From: a virus
Lineage: Duplodnaviria > Caudoviricetes
IMG/VR virus record: IMGVR_UViG_3300025392_000002
DNA length: 64,000 nucleotides
Direction: 5' to 3' (one strand)
Positions 12,101 through 22,200 of the stretch are shown piece by piece (the first letter of the stretch is position 1; each line of letters opens with the position of its first letter). Below the pieces are notes generated by a model. That model made no database searches and was not told the origin of the DNA. It was given only the letters and a program-made list of their open reading frames with translations. A program made the position numbers and the translations under genes.

Positions 12101-15100
12101 TTACATCTACTTTTCCGTAAATTTTTCTTGTTGATTTATATATTTTACCTTTATAAATTACAACTGTATTAGTAGGATAAATTACTGTTTGATCCCAAGT
12201 ACCATAACTGCTAACTGGAATATAATAGATAGGTTTCCAATATGTAGATATTGCAGTTGGGGCTGTATTAGCAGATACTACTACAACTGCTTGATAGAAT
12301 AAACTATTATAGGATACGATTGCACCGGGGCCGTAGATTACTGTAGAATCATATGCTCCAAAATAATTTGTTACCGCAGATCCAGCTAGTGGGCTTCCGG
12401 TAACCATATAACTGCCATCATTAGAAATCAGTATGTTAGTAGCACTTACACTACTTGGATTTGGATTTGTAATAATAGTATATGTGCTGTTTGTATTAGT
12501 AGATACTGCTTTTTGTCCAATAGTAATACTAACACCAACATTAACTGCGGTGATTAACGTATCTACTGGAATACCAGAACCTTCTATTATACCACCTATC
12601 ATATAAGTTTGTGCAGAAGTCATTGCTACAGTTTTACTTCCTGCTGTAGTAGTTCCTATTGTTACAGATACTGTGTTAGTTGCAATAAATGGTGCTGTAA
12701 TTACTTGACGCTGTACCCATTCTGCATCTACACTTGCTTTGTCGTAGGTGATAATTTCGCCAATCGAAGATCCGATTGCGGCAACGTTACCTTGACTATT
12801 AATAGCAATCACTTGGCCAAAACGTAATTGATCTTGCGGAGCACTATTGTTTAAGTTGGCAATAGCATAAACAGGATTATACTTCCAAGTAGTCCATTTG
12901 CCTGCGCCATTATCGTCGGTCCAGATTAGTTCGTTAGGATATAGTTTGTTAGTAAGAACAGCATCAATTGTATCAATCGATTGTGTACGTTGTGTCACTA
13001 ATGCACAAATTACTAGTTGTCCATTTTGTGTAAATGTACTTGGGAACCCAGTAATATCAGCCAAAATAGTAAAAGTATTTAAAGATACACTTGCAATCTT
13101 ATAAAAGCCTTTTAATAATGGAACTTGTGATAATCCAATATACGATCCAACTGTAAATTTAACAATATCATGTGTTGTTATTGTTAATATTTTTGTGTTA
13201 GTTGCATAGGTAACATTTGTTACTACGGTATGTGTATCAGTAAATCTAAAAACATTCCAACTCGGGCCATCGAATGTTACCCAGATATACGATCCTTCCT
13301 GGAAGGTATCAATATCGTAATTGACGATTTCTTCAATATAACCAATACTTAAAAATACTTCCGAAGCATTTACATAACCGGCACTGCGTAAAAACGGATT
13401 GTAGTTTTCAAGCATGGGCCAAGGTGTTGAATTATAGCCTAACGGTTTTAGATATACGTCTGAGGTCTTTTGTTGTATGATAAATGTGCCAAGCAAATCT
13501 ACATTTGTACTATTGAATAATGCAAAACCTTGAGGGTTAAGTTTAAATAATCCTTCGTCTAGAATAAATTCAATATTTTCAAATGCATTTGCCGCGCCGT
13601 ATTGTCCAACACGCAACGCCCATTCTTCATAGAATGTTAAACTTTCTTTGTTTTCGCTACTAAGAACATCAAATAGTTTGTTTAAAACATTTAATGTGCC
13701 CTTTTCACGAATCATACCTTGATAGAATTTAAATTCACTAACATCATCTCTGATAATGTTGTCAAGGTACTGACGTTTTTGATATCCAATTAAATGTTGA
13801 GCAACTTTTTGCTGATCTGAATCAAAGTTATCGCTATCTAGGTTATAAAAATCTGTAAACTGACTAGCTTTATAGGTCCAGTTTGGAATTAATTTTGCTG
13901 TTGGTTTCTTAGTTAAACGTGACCAGTTTGCTGAATTAAAAGTTTCTGTTCCAGGTAATGCTGTAGTTGCACTATAATAATAACCTTGAAATCCTACAAT
14001 GTCGCCAAGTGCATAATCTTGCCAAGGTTGCCAAGTTTGAATATTTGCTTGGTCAAATATAAATCCTGGAACATCAAGACCACCATACCAATCAATGCTA
14101 GTATGTCCAGATACTTTGATGCGCTCTTGCCTATATCCGCTTTCTGGGTTATAAACAATGTCGTTAAAAATTGTATTATTATCCAATAATACTACTTGTT
14201 CATTTTGTACTAGATAAAAACTTGCACCGTATATCCCATCAGTTGTTCTTGGAGAATAGCTAACAATATTACCTTCTCTATAACTATCTAAGAATAAAGG
14301 AGATATAGGTGTACCGTCAACTTTAAAAATTTCATAATCGTAAAACGGATTACTAATATTATCAACTACTGCTGTTGGAGTTTCAAATGTTAATTTGATT
14401 GCGGCTGGACTTAAACTAATAACACTTGCACCTACTTCGCTTAGTCCTTCTAATTTACTATATTTTTCAGGTTCAAAAATATCAGAAGGTGCAATAGCGT
14501 ATGATGCACTATAATAATCGCCGTTATAACGAACAATACTTCCGTATGGTACTGGTTGATTTGCTCTCCAGTCGCTCCACTTGTCCTGGCCTGTACTCCA
14601 GTTCTGTGTAGTCCAGAATAAAAATTCTTTAACACTGGTTTCCCAGTTCGATACGGTTGCTAGGGTATTATTAAAATCATCGAATATAAATCCTTGATCT
14701 TTTAAATATTCGCCGTAACCTTGTAGGAAATCTACAACATCTTGTATTTTAGCAAACTCAGTACCATATGGGACTGTAATTACATCATTCTTATCCCATA
14801 GTTTTCTTAAGGTAGCAGTTTGTCCGCCAACTATTGGTAAACTAGATAATTTTGCAAAATATGAAGTATCGAATCCTGCACCTGCTGTAGTAGTAACAGT
14901 TGCTCGATAAAATACACCACCATATTGAACAACTGATCCCATTGGGTATTGTTGTCCAGTAGTCCACATACTATAGTTTTCGCTTATTCCACCTACATTT
15001 ATAGTATTACCTGATTGAATCCAAGTATAATAATTAAAATATGGTTGTGTTTTACTATATCCCTTTACTTCAAATCCACTTTGAAGTTTAGTAATAATAA

Positions 15101-18100
15101 CGCCGCTGTATGTTATTTTCTTTATTGGACTAGAAGTATTTAGAGAAACTTTAAAATTTTCTTTAGGAACAAATACACTACCAGTACTCAAAGGTGTTTT
15201 GCTATCTAACAACAAATTAAACTGATCTTTACTACTAAATGCTCCAAGTCTGTATGACAACTGTGCTTGTATTGTTTTTAAATCAGAAACATAAGTGTTA
15301 TAAGATTTTATATTGTTACTAAAAATAAAATTTAAAATATGGTCAACAATATAATTTGCAAGTCCCGCAGTCTGAACGCGAACTGTACTTGTATAAATGC
15401 TCGGTAATATAACATTAGTTGGATTAATACGCAAACCAGTGTCTTTATAAATTAATTGACCTGCTAGATTACGTACAACTCGAGAACGATCTAATAAGAT
15501 ACCAAAAGTTTTTGCAGGTGTCAACAGTGTCGTAGATAAAATTACACTAAAAGGATAGTGGCTACTACGGCGCCAAGCGGCTTCAACTGGGCTTACATCT
15601 CCAAATACAAAATTTGCATCAACACCGCTTGTAATAGGGCCTAATGCCAATCCGCAAGCTAACGGACTTTTTAAAAGCCCATCGCTATCTACAGGAATAC
15701 GTCCTGTTAGGAAAGGTTTAGCATACTTAGGAACTTTAACTGGTGCTTTACCTGGTTCACGAATAATACCATCTGCAATATCTTGCCACATAGGTAAATT
15801 ATCACCTGTATATGGTGATGGGCCATATACGGATACCCACCAGCTTGGTTGTAAACTATAACCCAACATTTCCCAAGGAGTTAAATTAGGACGATCGGTA
15901 TCTAAAAGATAACGATAGACACCTCTCCAATAACCCGGTACACTTGTACCATCTGGTGCTGAACTGTTTGTATAATTATAAGTGAACGAATTATTAATAT
16001 CGTAACTTAAAGGTTTTGTAAAATCTCTACCAGCTAAACTAGTCCACTTATAAAAACTAGGCGCTAATACTTGATTAAACTCGGCTAGACTGTAATCATT
16101 TGATCTATTATAACTAGGGATAATATCTGATATATCAAAAATAGAAGGATCGTAATTGACTTTAATATTATTAAAAATACGTTTTTCTAATTCTAAAATT
16201 AAATTATCTCTATAATCGCCGTAGGCTAATACTTGGCTTCCATCGTGCCCTTGTATCATTAATCGAGGAGTTACTAAACTTGTATCTGTGTAAATTTGTG
16301 GAACATACTTTGGCCACATACCCATCTTAGTAGGAGTTGCTGGAACATAACATCCATCTGTATTATCATACTCGATAGTAGTAATAGTGTCGCCGTTGTT
16401 CATTACCACCGATGGTGTTATTACAACAAATCCTTGACTACTAAAAGTATAATCTTGTCCATATACAAGTTGTGATCCGTTTAAATAAACTCCAACAGCT
16501 TTGTTTGACAATGAATCTAACGTAAACACATTAGACAATGGATATGTTTTGATTCTGTAATCAACTACAGTTAAATTAGTTTTAATAGACGCACCGTACG
16601 GAATCATATCGCTGAAATAATAAGGCGATGTTTTTGGTTTGTCTTTATTGATTGTTTGTAAAACTAGTTCTACAATGGTAGCAGGATCACCATCAATCCC
16701 AAGCGATCCGGCTATTTTTATAAAGTTTCTTTTAAAACTATTGTAGTCATCTCTTGCTTGTTCAATGCTTCTTATAACGTTGTTTGATTGATTTGTAATA
16801 TGATACAATGCAAGGCTCATTGGGCCGCTATGCTGTACAAATTTAGTGCCATATTGTGTAACATTTCCAAGGTCTCTTAAATTACCAGGCCCTGGAAATG
16901 TTCCTATAAACATGTCAAGATTATCTACGATAGAATTTACATGGTCAATAACTTCGCCCAGTGTAAAGTCTCCCATTGCATTATTCAATGGATTATTTTG
17001 TAAGTTAACTGGAATTTCATAATATCCGTTATCGTTTACTGGCTGGGAGGTAAATGCACGAATAGTCAATACATCGGATAAGGCAATATCAGTGTTTAAT
17101 ACTACTTGCTTATAATAGTTACCATCTATTACTGACCAGTTAGCTTTATCTAATCTATGTCCATTAATATAAATTTTAACAACAAGATCAGATAACTTTT
17201 CAATATTATCAAAAATATCAATATCAAAATTATTAGTCTTCCCAGAATTTTTGTAAATTCTAACAGCCGATTGAACATTAGGTGCTGTGCAGGTTTGCCA
17301 ACCGTTTAGATATTTCGTTACACCTGCAAACGTCTGACTTACAAGATATCCGTTATTTGTATACTTGGTGATAATATCAATAGTCTGCTTGTACTGAAAA
17401 CTATCAGTAGCAAGATTAAAATTAAAAACAATATCCCCAATGTTACTAATGTTTCGATAAGACAACGGGAAACCTAACATGCTGTCAGAAATACCAGATC
17501 CTATTTTATAAGAAAATAATTGTGTACCTTTAAATGTTGAACCATTATATACAGTATTATCACCATAACTTATACCATTTTCATCTACAATATCAAACAA
17601 AGGAGCTTGGTTAACTGCTGTTTTCTGTTGCGCTTTTATCCAGCTAGTACCATTATACCAATAAGAGGTTCCCTGGTTTGTCACGCCTGTACGAATTAGT
17701 GCAACTTGATTTAGTGCAGGTTCTGCAATTTCAACTAAATGTATCTGTTTACTACCCGAACTAAGATGAATTACATCCACAAAATCAATTCGATAAATTT
17801 TATTTTTTACTAATCGATCTGTGTCGGCTGTAAAAATAATATGCTGGCCGTTAGTCACAGGTTGGCCATCGACGTGATATCCGAACGACCCTTCAACATT
17901 TGAAAATGCATCTGTTGTAAATTGATCAATAACATCAATATCAATAATTGCAGTTGTTCCAGAATTAAATAATTTTAAATTAGCTTCAAATTCTATAATA
18001 GGTCTAACCGCTCTAGCAGTTTGATCTAAACTTGCAACTTGTCCATTATATGCGGCACTAGCAATAAGCACATCTTTATGGAACCAGCGGTTATAACGAC

Positions 18101-19247
18101 TCCAGTTATTTTTATCCTGACTAGCACGATTTATTACAATGTAGTCATGCTCACCTGCAAAACCAGTAGCATCGCTAAAAGGATTAGTATCAAATTTATC
18201 ACTGTCAAAAGGTATTGTTTGTTCTGCGGTATAAGAATTAATTAATTCTAAATCTTTAGAAGAAATTAAACGAATAGCAACTCCTACGCCTTCAACATAA
18301 AATTCACCAATAGCGTAGTTTGCAGGAGTTACATTTCCGGAGAATCGTAACTTCATTCCATTACTCAATGCTGTGCCATCTGCTAATTTGTAATATTTCT
18401 TTCCTAAAATTTCAGCGGCAACATCAATATATGTGTCTTCTTTAATAGATAATACTTGTATTGCTCCGCCAAGATTTAAATCAGTTTCACTTTGATAGTA
18501 TAAAATTGTTGGAGCATCTAACGGTACTTTGAATGTTATGCTTCCAGATTCTACACCATAATTATCGATTGTATCAGTTATGAAACGATTGTCCTTACCT
18601 AAACTTCTTTCAGTTTTTATACTAAACGGATTGCCTAGACTATCAATTTCAAAAGTGTATGTTTGACCTCTGTATAATTTTAATACAGGATTACGTGTAA
18701 ATCCGTTAGGAGTGAACAAATATTGATTATTATTAATTTCATGTTCAACTGTTACAGTATATGTACTTTGTATATTTTTTTGTTGGCCAAATACTTCAAT
18801 TGTATCAGGACCGTATGGTAACCAATAATAGTTTTGAAAATTTACAAACTTGTCCCAGTCAATATGTGGATCCCAAGAATAAAATTCTTGTTTGTTTAAT
18901 CGTGCATGATTATTAGTATTACCACCAAATACACTTATTTGATTAATATAATCAATATAGTCTTTAAAAAATGTTGTATTACCAATATCATCGGTAATAG
19001 TCATACCGGGTTCTAATTGATAATTTTGACGAACTGAGCTAGCCGCAGTAATATATAAATCAGTCCCTGTGGCACTTTTTGCATTTTCTCTACCCACATA
19101 TCCGTTAATTTTTTTAACAGTACCTGGTTGATATAATTGGTCCAGTGTTGCCTGTAAAAATTTCTTGTTTGCAGGAGTCTTATAAAAATCAGGGAGAAAA
19201 TTTGCCGTTAGGCCATTGTTTCCAGTTGGGTCCGTATTATTGGCCAT
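3138..19247 (-). CDS. Giant virion structural protein, baseplate wedge/fibre-like (5369 aa)
   Basis: Uninterrupted 16.1-kb ORF overlapping the gp6-like gene. Contains FG-GAP-like propeller repeats (FGxxxAISxD), WxxxxxYxxGxxVxYxG CBM-like repeats, GxGY repeats and DYT/FTTAP Ig-like repeats. Confidence 0.75.
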   Translation of the reverse strand: MANNTDPTGNNGLTANFLPDFYKTPANKKFLQATLDQLYQPGTVKKINGYVGRENAKSATGTDLYITAASSVRQNYQLEPGMTITDDIGNTTFFKDYIDYINQISVFGGNTNNHARLNKQEFYSWDPHIDWDKFVNFQNYYWLPYGPDTIEVFGQQKNIQSTYTVTVEHEINNNQYLFTPNGFTRNPVLKLYRGQTYTFEIDSLGNPFSIKTERSLGKDNRFITDTIDNYGVESGSITFKVPLDAPTILYYQSETDLNLGGAIQVLSIKEDTYIDVAAEILGKKYYKLADGTALSNGMKLRFSGNVTPANYAIGEFYVEGVGVAIRLISSKDLELINSYTAEQTIPFDSDKFDTNPFSDATGFAGEHDYIVINRASQDKNNWSRYNRWFHKDVLIASAAYNGQVASLDQTARAVRPIIEFEANLKLFNSGTTAIIDIDVIDQFTTDAFSNVEGSFGYHVDGQPVTNGQHIIFTADTDRLVKNKIYRIDFVDVIHLSSGSKQIHLVEIAEPALNQVALIRTGVTNQGTSYWYNGTSWIKAQQKTAVNQAPLFDIVDENGISYGDNTVYNGSTFKGTQLFSYKIGSGISDSMLGFPLSYRNISNIGDIVFNFNLATDSFQYKQTIDIITKYTNNGYLVSQTFAGVTKYLNGWQTCTAPNVQSAVRIYKNSGKTNNFDIDIFDNIEKLSDLVVKIYINGHRLDKANWSVIDGNYYKQVVLNTDIALSDVLTIRAFTSQPVNDNGYYEIPVNLQNNPLNNAMGDFTLGEVIDHVNSIVDNLDMFIGTFPGPGNLRDLGNVTQYGTKFVQHSGPMSLALYHITNQSNNVIRSIEQARDDYNSFKRNFIKIAGSLGIDGDPATIVELVLQTINKDKPKTSPYYFSDMIPYGASIKTNLTVVDYRIKTYPLSNVFTLDSLSNKAVGVYLNGSQLVYGQDYTFSSQGFVVITPSVVMNNGDTITTIEYDNTDGCYVPATPTKMGMWPKYVPQIYTDTSLVTPRLMIQGHDGSQVLAYGDYRDNLILELEKRIFNNIKVNYDPSIFDISDIIPSYNRSNDYSLAEFNQVLAPSFYKWTSLAGRDFTKPLSYDINNSFTYNYTNSSAPDGTSVPGYWRGVYRYLLDTDRPNLTPWEMLGYSLQPSWWVSVYGPSPYTGDNLPMWQDIADGIIREPGKAPVKVPKYAKPFLTGRIPVDSDGLLKSPLACGLALGPITSGVDANFVFGDVSPVEAAWRRSSHYPFSVILSTTLLTPAKTFGILLDRSRVVRNLAGQLIYKDTGLRINPTNVILPSIYTSTVRVQTAGLANYIVDHILNFIFSNNIKSYNTYVSDLKTIQAQLSYRLGAFSSKDQFNLLLDSKTPLSTGSVFVPKENFKVSLNTSSPIKKITYSGVIITKLQSGFEVKGYSKTQPYFNYYTWIQSGNTINVGGISENYSMWTTGQQYPMGSVVQYGGVFYRATVTTTAGAGFDTSYFAKLSSLPIVGGQTATLRKLWDKNDVITVPYGTEFAKIQDVVDFLQGYGEYLKDQGFIFDDFNNTLATVSNWETSVKEFLFWTTQNWSTGQDKWSDWRANQPVPYGSIVRYNGDYYSASYAIAPSDIFEPEKYSKLEGLSEVGASVISLSPAAIKLTFETPTAVVDNISNPFYDYEIFKVDGTPISPLFLDSYREGNIVSYSPRTTDGIYGASFYLVQNEQVVLLDNNTIFNDIVYNPESGYRQERIKVSGHTSIDWYGGLDVPGFIFDQANIQTWQPWQDYALGDIVGFQGYYYSATTALPGTETFNSANWSRLTKKPTAKLIPNWTYKASQFTDFYNLDSDNFDSDQQKVAQHLIGYQKRQYLDNIIRDDVSEFKFYQGMIREKGTLNVLNKLFDVLSSENKESLTFYEEWALRVGQYGAANAFENIEFILDEGLFKLNPQGFALFNSTNVDLLGTFIIQQKTSDVYLKPLGYNSTPWPMLENYNPFLRSAGYVNASEVFLSIGYIEEIVNYDIDTFQEGSYIWVTFDGPSWNVFRFTDTHTVVTNVTYATNTKILTITTHDIVKFTVGSYIGLSQVPLLKGFYKIASVSLNTFTILADITGFPSTFTQNGQLVICALVTQRTQSIDTIDAVLTNKLYPNELIWTDDNGAGKWTTWKYNPVYAIANLNNSAPQDQLRFGQVIAINSQGNVAAIGSSIGEIITYDKASVDAEWVQRQVITAPFIATNTVSVTIGTTTAGSKTVAMTSAQTYMIGGIIEGSGIPVDTLITAVNVGVSITIGQKAVSTNTNSTYTIITNPNPSSVSATNILISNDGSYMVTGSPLAGSAVTNYFGAYDSTVIYGPGAIVSYNSLFYQAVVVVSANTAPTAISTYWKPIYYIPVSSYGTWDQTVIYPTNTVVIYKGKIYKSTRKIYGKVDVTVTSTIAGNQLVTADTSVLAPGYQIVFSGNVYGGVTAGVTYYILDVLDSKHFRLTAAQGGTIPVTLTYASGLMTGTQQGQLSPDSGNGQWTLQSTQAGPAGQGVISLYKKDANNIFNLVDTIVSPYPAANENFGSTFAFSNDTLYVSAPGYGFVPAGPNNNPPAVQPYGRVYKLKYSTVVQAQSAYNPVGSAESTLRVTSTAGVRAGMYVLGTGFTGDQTVISVVDSTTVLLSGSPNSTPDGIIKFAVIGWGYDLTGTRTGTTPGQKFGNTLAISNDKTTLAISSWNDPTTGSSVAIYKNDVLFQTISQAGVSLFGQSVSISDDATYIAISDPVYSGFTPAITNQGRVGIYSIDSTGLYINTGNIVNHLPEQNGLFGVNVSFMNDYKTLVVYSQYGDTSITTTFDKTTTTFDKNTTAFTVTEINSGRVDVFDRYANKWVFSESLTKVNPVVTAGSFVAGDTYAILSLGTTDFTKVGAAKNAVGVQFTATSDGSGTGTAAIITSESLVLDGYGTGFAVGSNHILVSAPAGLDQGLQSGLVYDYGKKPNKFTWEVAHQEIEKPDVSKIKKAFLYDRVTGELVTYIDVIDPAQGKIAGAAEEELKYKSFYDPASYSIGIDGVNISPTSAWTTDQVGMLWWDLRTAKFLNAYEDDIVYRNTNWTTLAPGASIDIYEWVGSRLKPSDWDAQADTPAGIALGISGQSLYSDSVYSTKQTYNSTTQTFTTTYYYWVKNKKFIPNIAGRHLAAQDVANLIGNPRGYGYTYLALTGLNTFSLVNAKQYLKSTDVVLSVEYWLGKKTDQNVHSQWKIVSTDPNTYIPPIIEQKWIDSLCGRDSAGRLVPDPQLPIKLRYGVENRPRQGMFINRFEALKQFIELANQVLLVNQVVENDNILKLESYDPQPSTLSGLYDTIFDTDAELSYANIGSFTRASISPVITDGKIVGINIATAGKGYVIAPYIMVNGTGSGANLRATINAKGQITGVTIISGGAGYTDSTTLSIRDYSALVKSDSQANGNWSIYTYDPIQKTWNRTLTQAYDVRNFWSYADWYATGFNQFTAADFSVATFVELNSISPKVGEVVKVRTANAGGWLLLEKYADVVSVDWTQSYNVVGMQNGTIQLNSNLYQVANTTLGFDNFIYDESGFDAVAVTELRIILDTLKHNIFINDLNGAWSNLFFATVRYVHSEQPYVDWIFKTSFVKAQHNVGALDQPVTYQPNNLSNFEDYIAEVKPYKTKVREYVSNYESLDTAQLPITDFDLQPIFEKDAVTLVQAFVTNGVIVAGDPAINTYPWKFWLDNAGYEVTEIVLTTNGSGYVTAPDVVFISDSGAGATAKAYISNGSVNRVVLITSGAGYYAAPKIILNGGLGVDGVQANAVAIIGNSVVRSSKIGIKFDRIDRKYYITQLQKVETFTGTGSRVQWPLTWAPDNRIGQSVVTVNNVPALRDNYTLNIVSNTSKGFTSYSGTITFTTAPAKNSTIVVTYIIDESFLGFADRIQYYYNPESGQLGKDLAQLMTGIDYGGVIINGLGFQISNGWDSLPYFADKWDSYDETFKDYITVVTAGTNSFTLPYVPTNNTQLNIYKRAINTESYVSDGVTTSYTYNIHDINPYVTASVVLATSGITHNFVNINQVSGVYGNILTLDSTANIVAGMQVLGTGFASGQTVFSVVDAVTLRLSAAPDSLPSGSLVFSQNIKGSSTVTITSTAGIKIGDKVSCIDVNAFSYSTVVTAIIDSTKVQVSSILYRSIPNGIYVTFERDLVQPTDVIIHSDGHISLTNLSNSKIIAGTTISIIGGLNPIRLDDPNYDIALYIGQIIEALAYDLAYDLQQFQTIRVGLTLRNLVTTYGYRSQEINLSINNIISNIAKLPAVISALTNPTFATGYTLVTNTIQNIVSGQIVPIWLALSASAPQDPSGGQAGWLLDDNIPFLQAELIAWITANYPSVVFDHTDFQTRIQHIVEGLTYDLFKGGNRETIYQGIDYWYYINNTGFLQPLTFWTGLFAKLNSLSQSIITNTTVTRLQTAVFQYKNNAWTNGNLATTIISNNITTLLSVVTSAASPQPIVTQPTATLNASATAILAAKTSLTPLVNPNAVVNTFLADGSTDTFTLPSPYNVVDGGLSTDIIDASIDDGGTAGTVFGGLTDVVVDGNSATAKAFTVLTGDEFIIRETTSDGSIKPKDTDYDTSLSGGDTSTLSGAYATATGIAADDIIVDGDDLVTPTTSPAPEEVVPGQVVDTVAIKVFDKPNTGSGQIKVDNYLADGTTKTFKLTQTPNSPGAVIVKVDNLIKTMSTTTVTNDYVVDYPNNQVVFTTAPAASTTVTLFSIGFNGANILDIDYFVADGTTTEFVTNASWVTPINSLVYVDGVVANPAIFKTDASYELSNAIAFRFALPPAKGQVINFIIVNGSDQAYSITKVETIATTGATTYTLQNTIGNALPNESNMIVRVDQNILQAPSNTYFTIGSNRLNYSIDKTKFVPYSIPATDIHVIVGNTLLTQGTDYLVDLGGITIKINKTIYKNYTGQQLIISVITDQSYLYNPATNQITFKTAYDNTHLVQVISSYKHDILDIERTTISVSTSATLIADTSDYYYYQNMSGGLLKLDRPVVNDNYIWVIKNTMLLTPSVDYKLNDDHQSITLGANLIQTDKVTLITFGSNILRAGIAYMQFKDMLNRVSYKRLSANKQAMLARDLHWNDTQILLDNASTFDLPNPANNRPGVVEIRGERIEYFAKDGNTLSKLRRGTLGTGVQTINLQGTTVQDIGTSETLPYTDTQVVKQIISDGSLIVPLDFTPKSVNEIEVFVGGYNDGTIWESGATYPAGMIVNVGVYTYRCLTSHISGATFYDTVSTVTINADGTNTVLTTGIASSKVWKFFIGNIRLKKTAYSAFNINQAPYSPEGDVPFTADFTVDGATAAITLTNAITFGTQITVIKTTGQSWDQTTNVLYDSGKVSEFLRATPGIWYKEYKTISTIADGLFDSAGDTLDNTDLTFDQGT

Positions 19248-22200
19248 TAGTTACTCCGAACGATGCACTAGTTATGTTTTGTGATGATACTACAGAATTC
19301 AAGCCTGCACCTGTTACAGTTTTAATATTGTCAGATGTCAAACCAGCTACTACATTGATATCGGTTGCAGTAGCACAACTGACGAATATCTTGCTACTAG
19401 GGCATTGAATTTCAAATAAACTGCCAAAGTATAAATTGCCTTGCTTAGGAACAATAACAAAACTAGTAATATCTGGACTTAGTTGTGTTAATACGTATGT
19501 GGATAATTCTGTAAAATAAAAGGTATCGCCAAAATTCCAATTTTCTAATGCAAAAAATTCAGTGAACGCTGTAATAATACGAGCAATAATATCGTTATTA
19601 CTAGCAGTACTACTTACATTTTTAACTACATTGAAACTTGCTTGTAAATTAAAATCAGCTTTGCTACCAAATAATAAAATATAATCAACAGGATGATATA
19701 CAATCTCATCTGATATAGATTTAATTAAATTTAGTTCTGTTGATAATAAACTATTTAACTCGCTACTACTTGGTGGTAACGGTTCAGTAATATTTGCTCC
19801 AGACAGCCACTGTCTAAATTGTGTATCGTAATCTTTAGTCAATACATATACATCCATAATATTGCTTGCGCCTGGATCAATTCTACTATCGTAATCTGCA
19901 TTATGAATATACTGAAATTTTAAATTATCGCGACCAACATAAACTTTGTAATCCAATGTTGGAATTAATGTACTAGTTACAGCATCATATTTTTTAACAA
20001 CTTGTTTGTCTACAAAATAAAAATACTGACCGTCTGTATATTGAGATAATGCACCTACGTTACTTTGTGTACTAAAAATTAAAACGATACCAGTTGCATT
20101 ACTAACATAACGATAATCTTCCTGACCCTGACTTATCAGATATTTTTCTTGGACAATATATTTTGTCAATGGGTTTGTGTTAGGAGAAACAATGTCTAAA
20201 AATAGTTGTGGATTGTCAACTACTCCATCATTACGTGAATCTGCAAATGTTATAACAATTTTACTTGGATCAATATACCCGTCAAGCCCGTTGTACTCTG
20301 AAACAATTTGCCAAGCGGCATCAACTGTAAAAGGACTAGTATTATCCGGTTGTGTATTAATACTTAATACTTTTAATTGATCTACAATAGTATTGCTAGA
20401 TACTGTATCGTAAACTTTGACTGTGGTGTCAAAATAGAATGTTACTTCCTGATTACTTTCAAATATGTATCTTAGTAGTCTACTAGAAATTGTATATGTT
20501 TCGTTGTTAGTTGTAAACAATAAAATCCAACTAGAATCTTGCTGGGTATTTGTTGTGTCGCCTTGACTTCCAAGATTAAATGCACCGGATGCATTAAGAT
20601 TAGTTTCAAAGATTATCTGCCAACTTTGTGTTGTTGCATCGTAACGCAATCCGAATGGTTTATTATTGAATATTAAATCTATCATTGTAGTGATTACACT
20701 ACTTGTAATTGTTACATTTAATTTTGGAATAATTTGACTAACAACTGCACCTGACGGGATAATTGCACTCATTGTTACTGCACCAAATCCTGTAGACAAC
20801 ACGCCCTTGCCTGTTCCAGTGCCATCTGTTGTTACTGAAATAACTTGTGCCCACAAGTAACTAACTAGTCCTTTCATGTTTGAACTAGCAAGAACTACAG
20901 CATTATTGTTGTTTGTATCAAAATATCTTGGCACACCGTCAACCGATGCGGCTGTAAATTTTATTAAGGCGCCGGCTGTAAAATATTTTAAATCTGTACT
21001 AGTATAAGAACCTAACTTATAAGGTGCGGCATCAACCGCTGATCCAATATAACCAGTAGAACTATTACTATCAGTAGTTGTTTTATACCACGCAATGTTT
21101 AAACTTTCGCTAATGTAATTAATAAAATTTGAATAATAAAAATTACGTAAATTTGGATCATCTAGTAACTGGAACACAGTATTGTAAACAATTCCTTCAA
21201 TATCTGTTTTAGTTAGATAAGAAAAATTTGTAGTAGAAATATAAGGCTCTTGATATAAGATGCCGTCGTCTGCAAATAAATTTGTACTTGAATATTTTCC
21301 TGTTGGGTCTACTAAATCAAAATATCTACTGATACCGCTACTAGAACGATTAATTGCTTTAACTTTTGCAACCTTTTGTGTTACTGCTAAAGGACTAATA
21401 TTATAATCTTCTCCAGTAACCATTCTATTTTGTGTATAATAAGTTTGCGGAGCATTAGTTTTAATATTAGCATTAGTTTCAGCTACACTAGCATTATTAA
21501 CACTAGCTGCCAAACTTAAAGTCACTGATAATGTTTCAATTTGATTTCTTGCTGAATAGTAAGGGATACTTATTGACACATTTATAATGTCACTTGGATT
21601 GACAGTATATGTTAATCCGTTGCTAACACGATAGTAAGCTCTAAAATTGCCTAATGGTAGATCGCCAAATGTTCCATCACCAAATCCAAGACTGATAGAA
21701 TCTCCAGCTCTTGTGATTACGCTGTAGATAGATTTTATTTTTTTACTTAAACTATTATAGATAACATTATTACCAGTAAGTGCAGGAACTTGTGTCCATA
21801 ATGTGTTTTCAGCACCCGTATTTTGATCTAGTTTGTATAGCCATACATCAGAGTTATTAATATTCTGTGTGTTGATATCTACTATTTCATTTGTACTAGG
21901 CTGTGTAATTTGAAATGTACCTTGATTCAATGAACCTTGTGTAAAATTTAAAAAGAAACCAGTATTGGTACTGCCGGCGCCGTAGCCGTCATCTTTGTAT
22001 ATAAAAGCTAGACCGTTTCCAACTTTAGGAGGTTCTTCATAGATATAAGTTTTCCCGCTAAAAGTTGTACTAGTTATTTCAAAATTCATACTACGACCAG
22101 CAACAGTCTTGGTAAAAGAAAATACAGGAACATTAGTGTTAGTACCGTTAAACCGATACTGACTAGTTGCAATATTATAAATGTTTGCTTGATCAATTGG

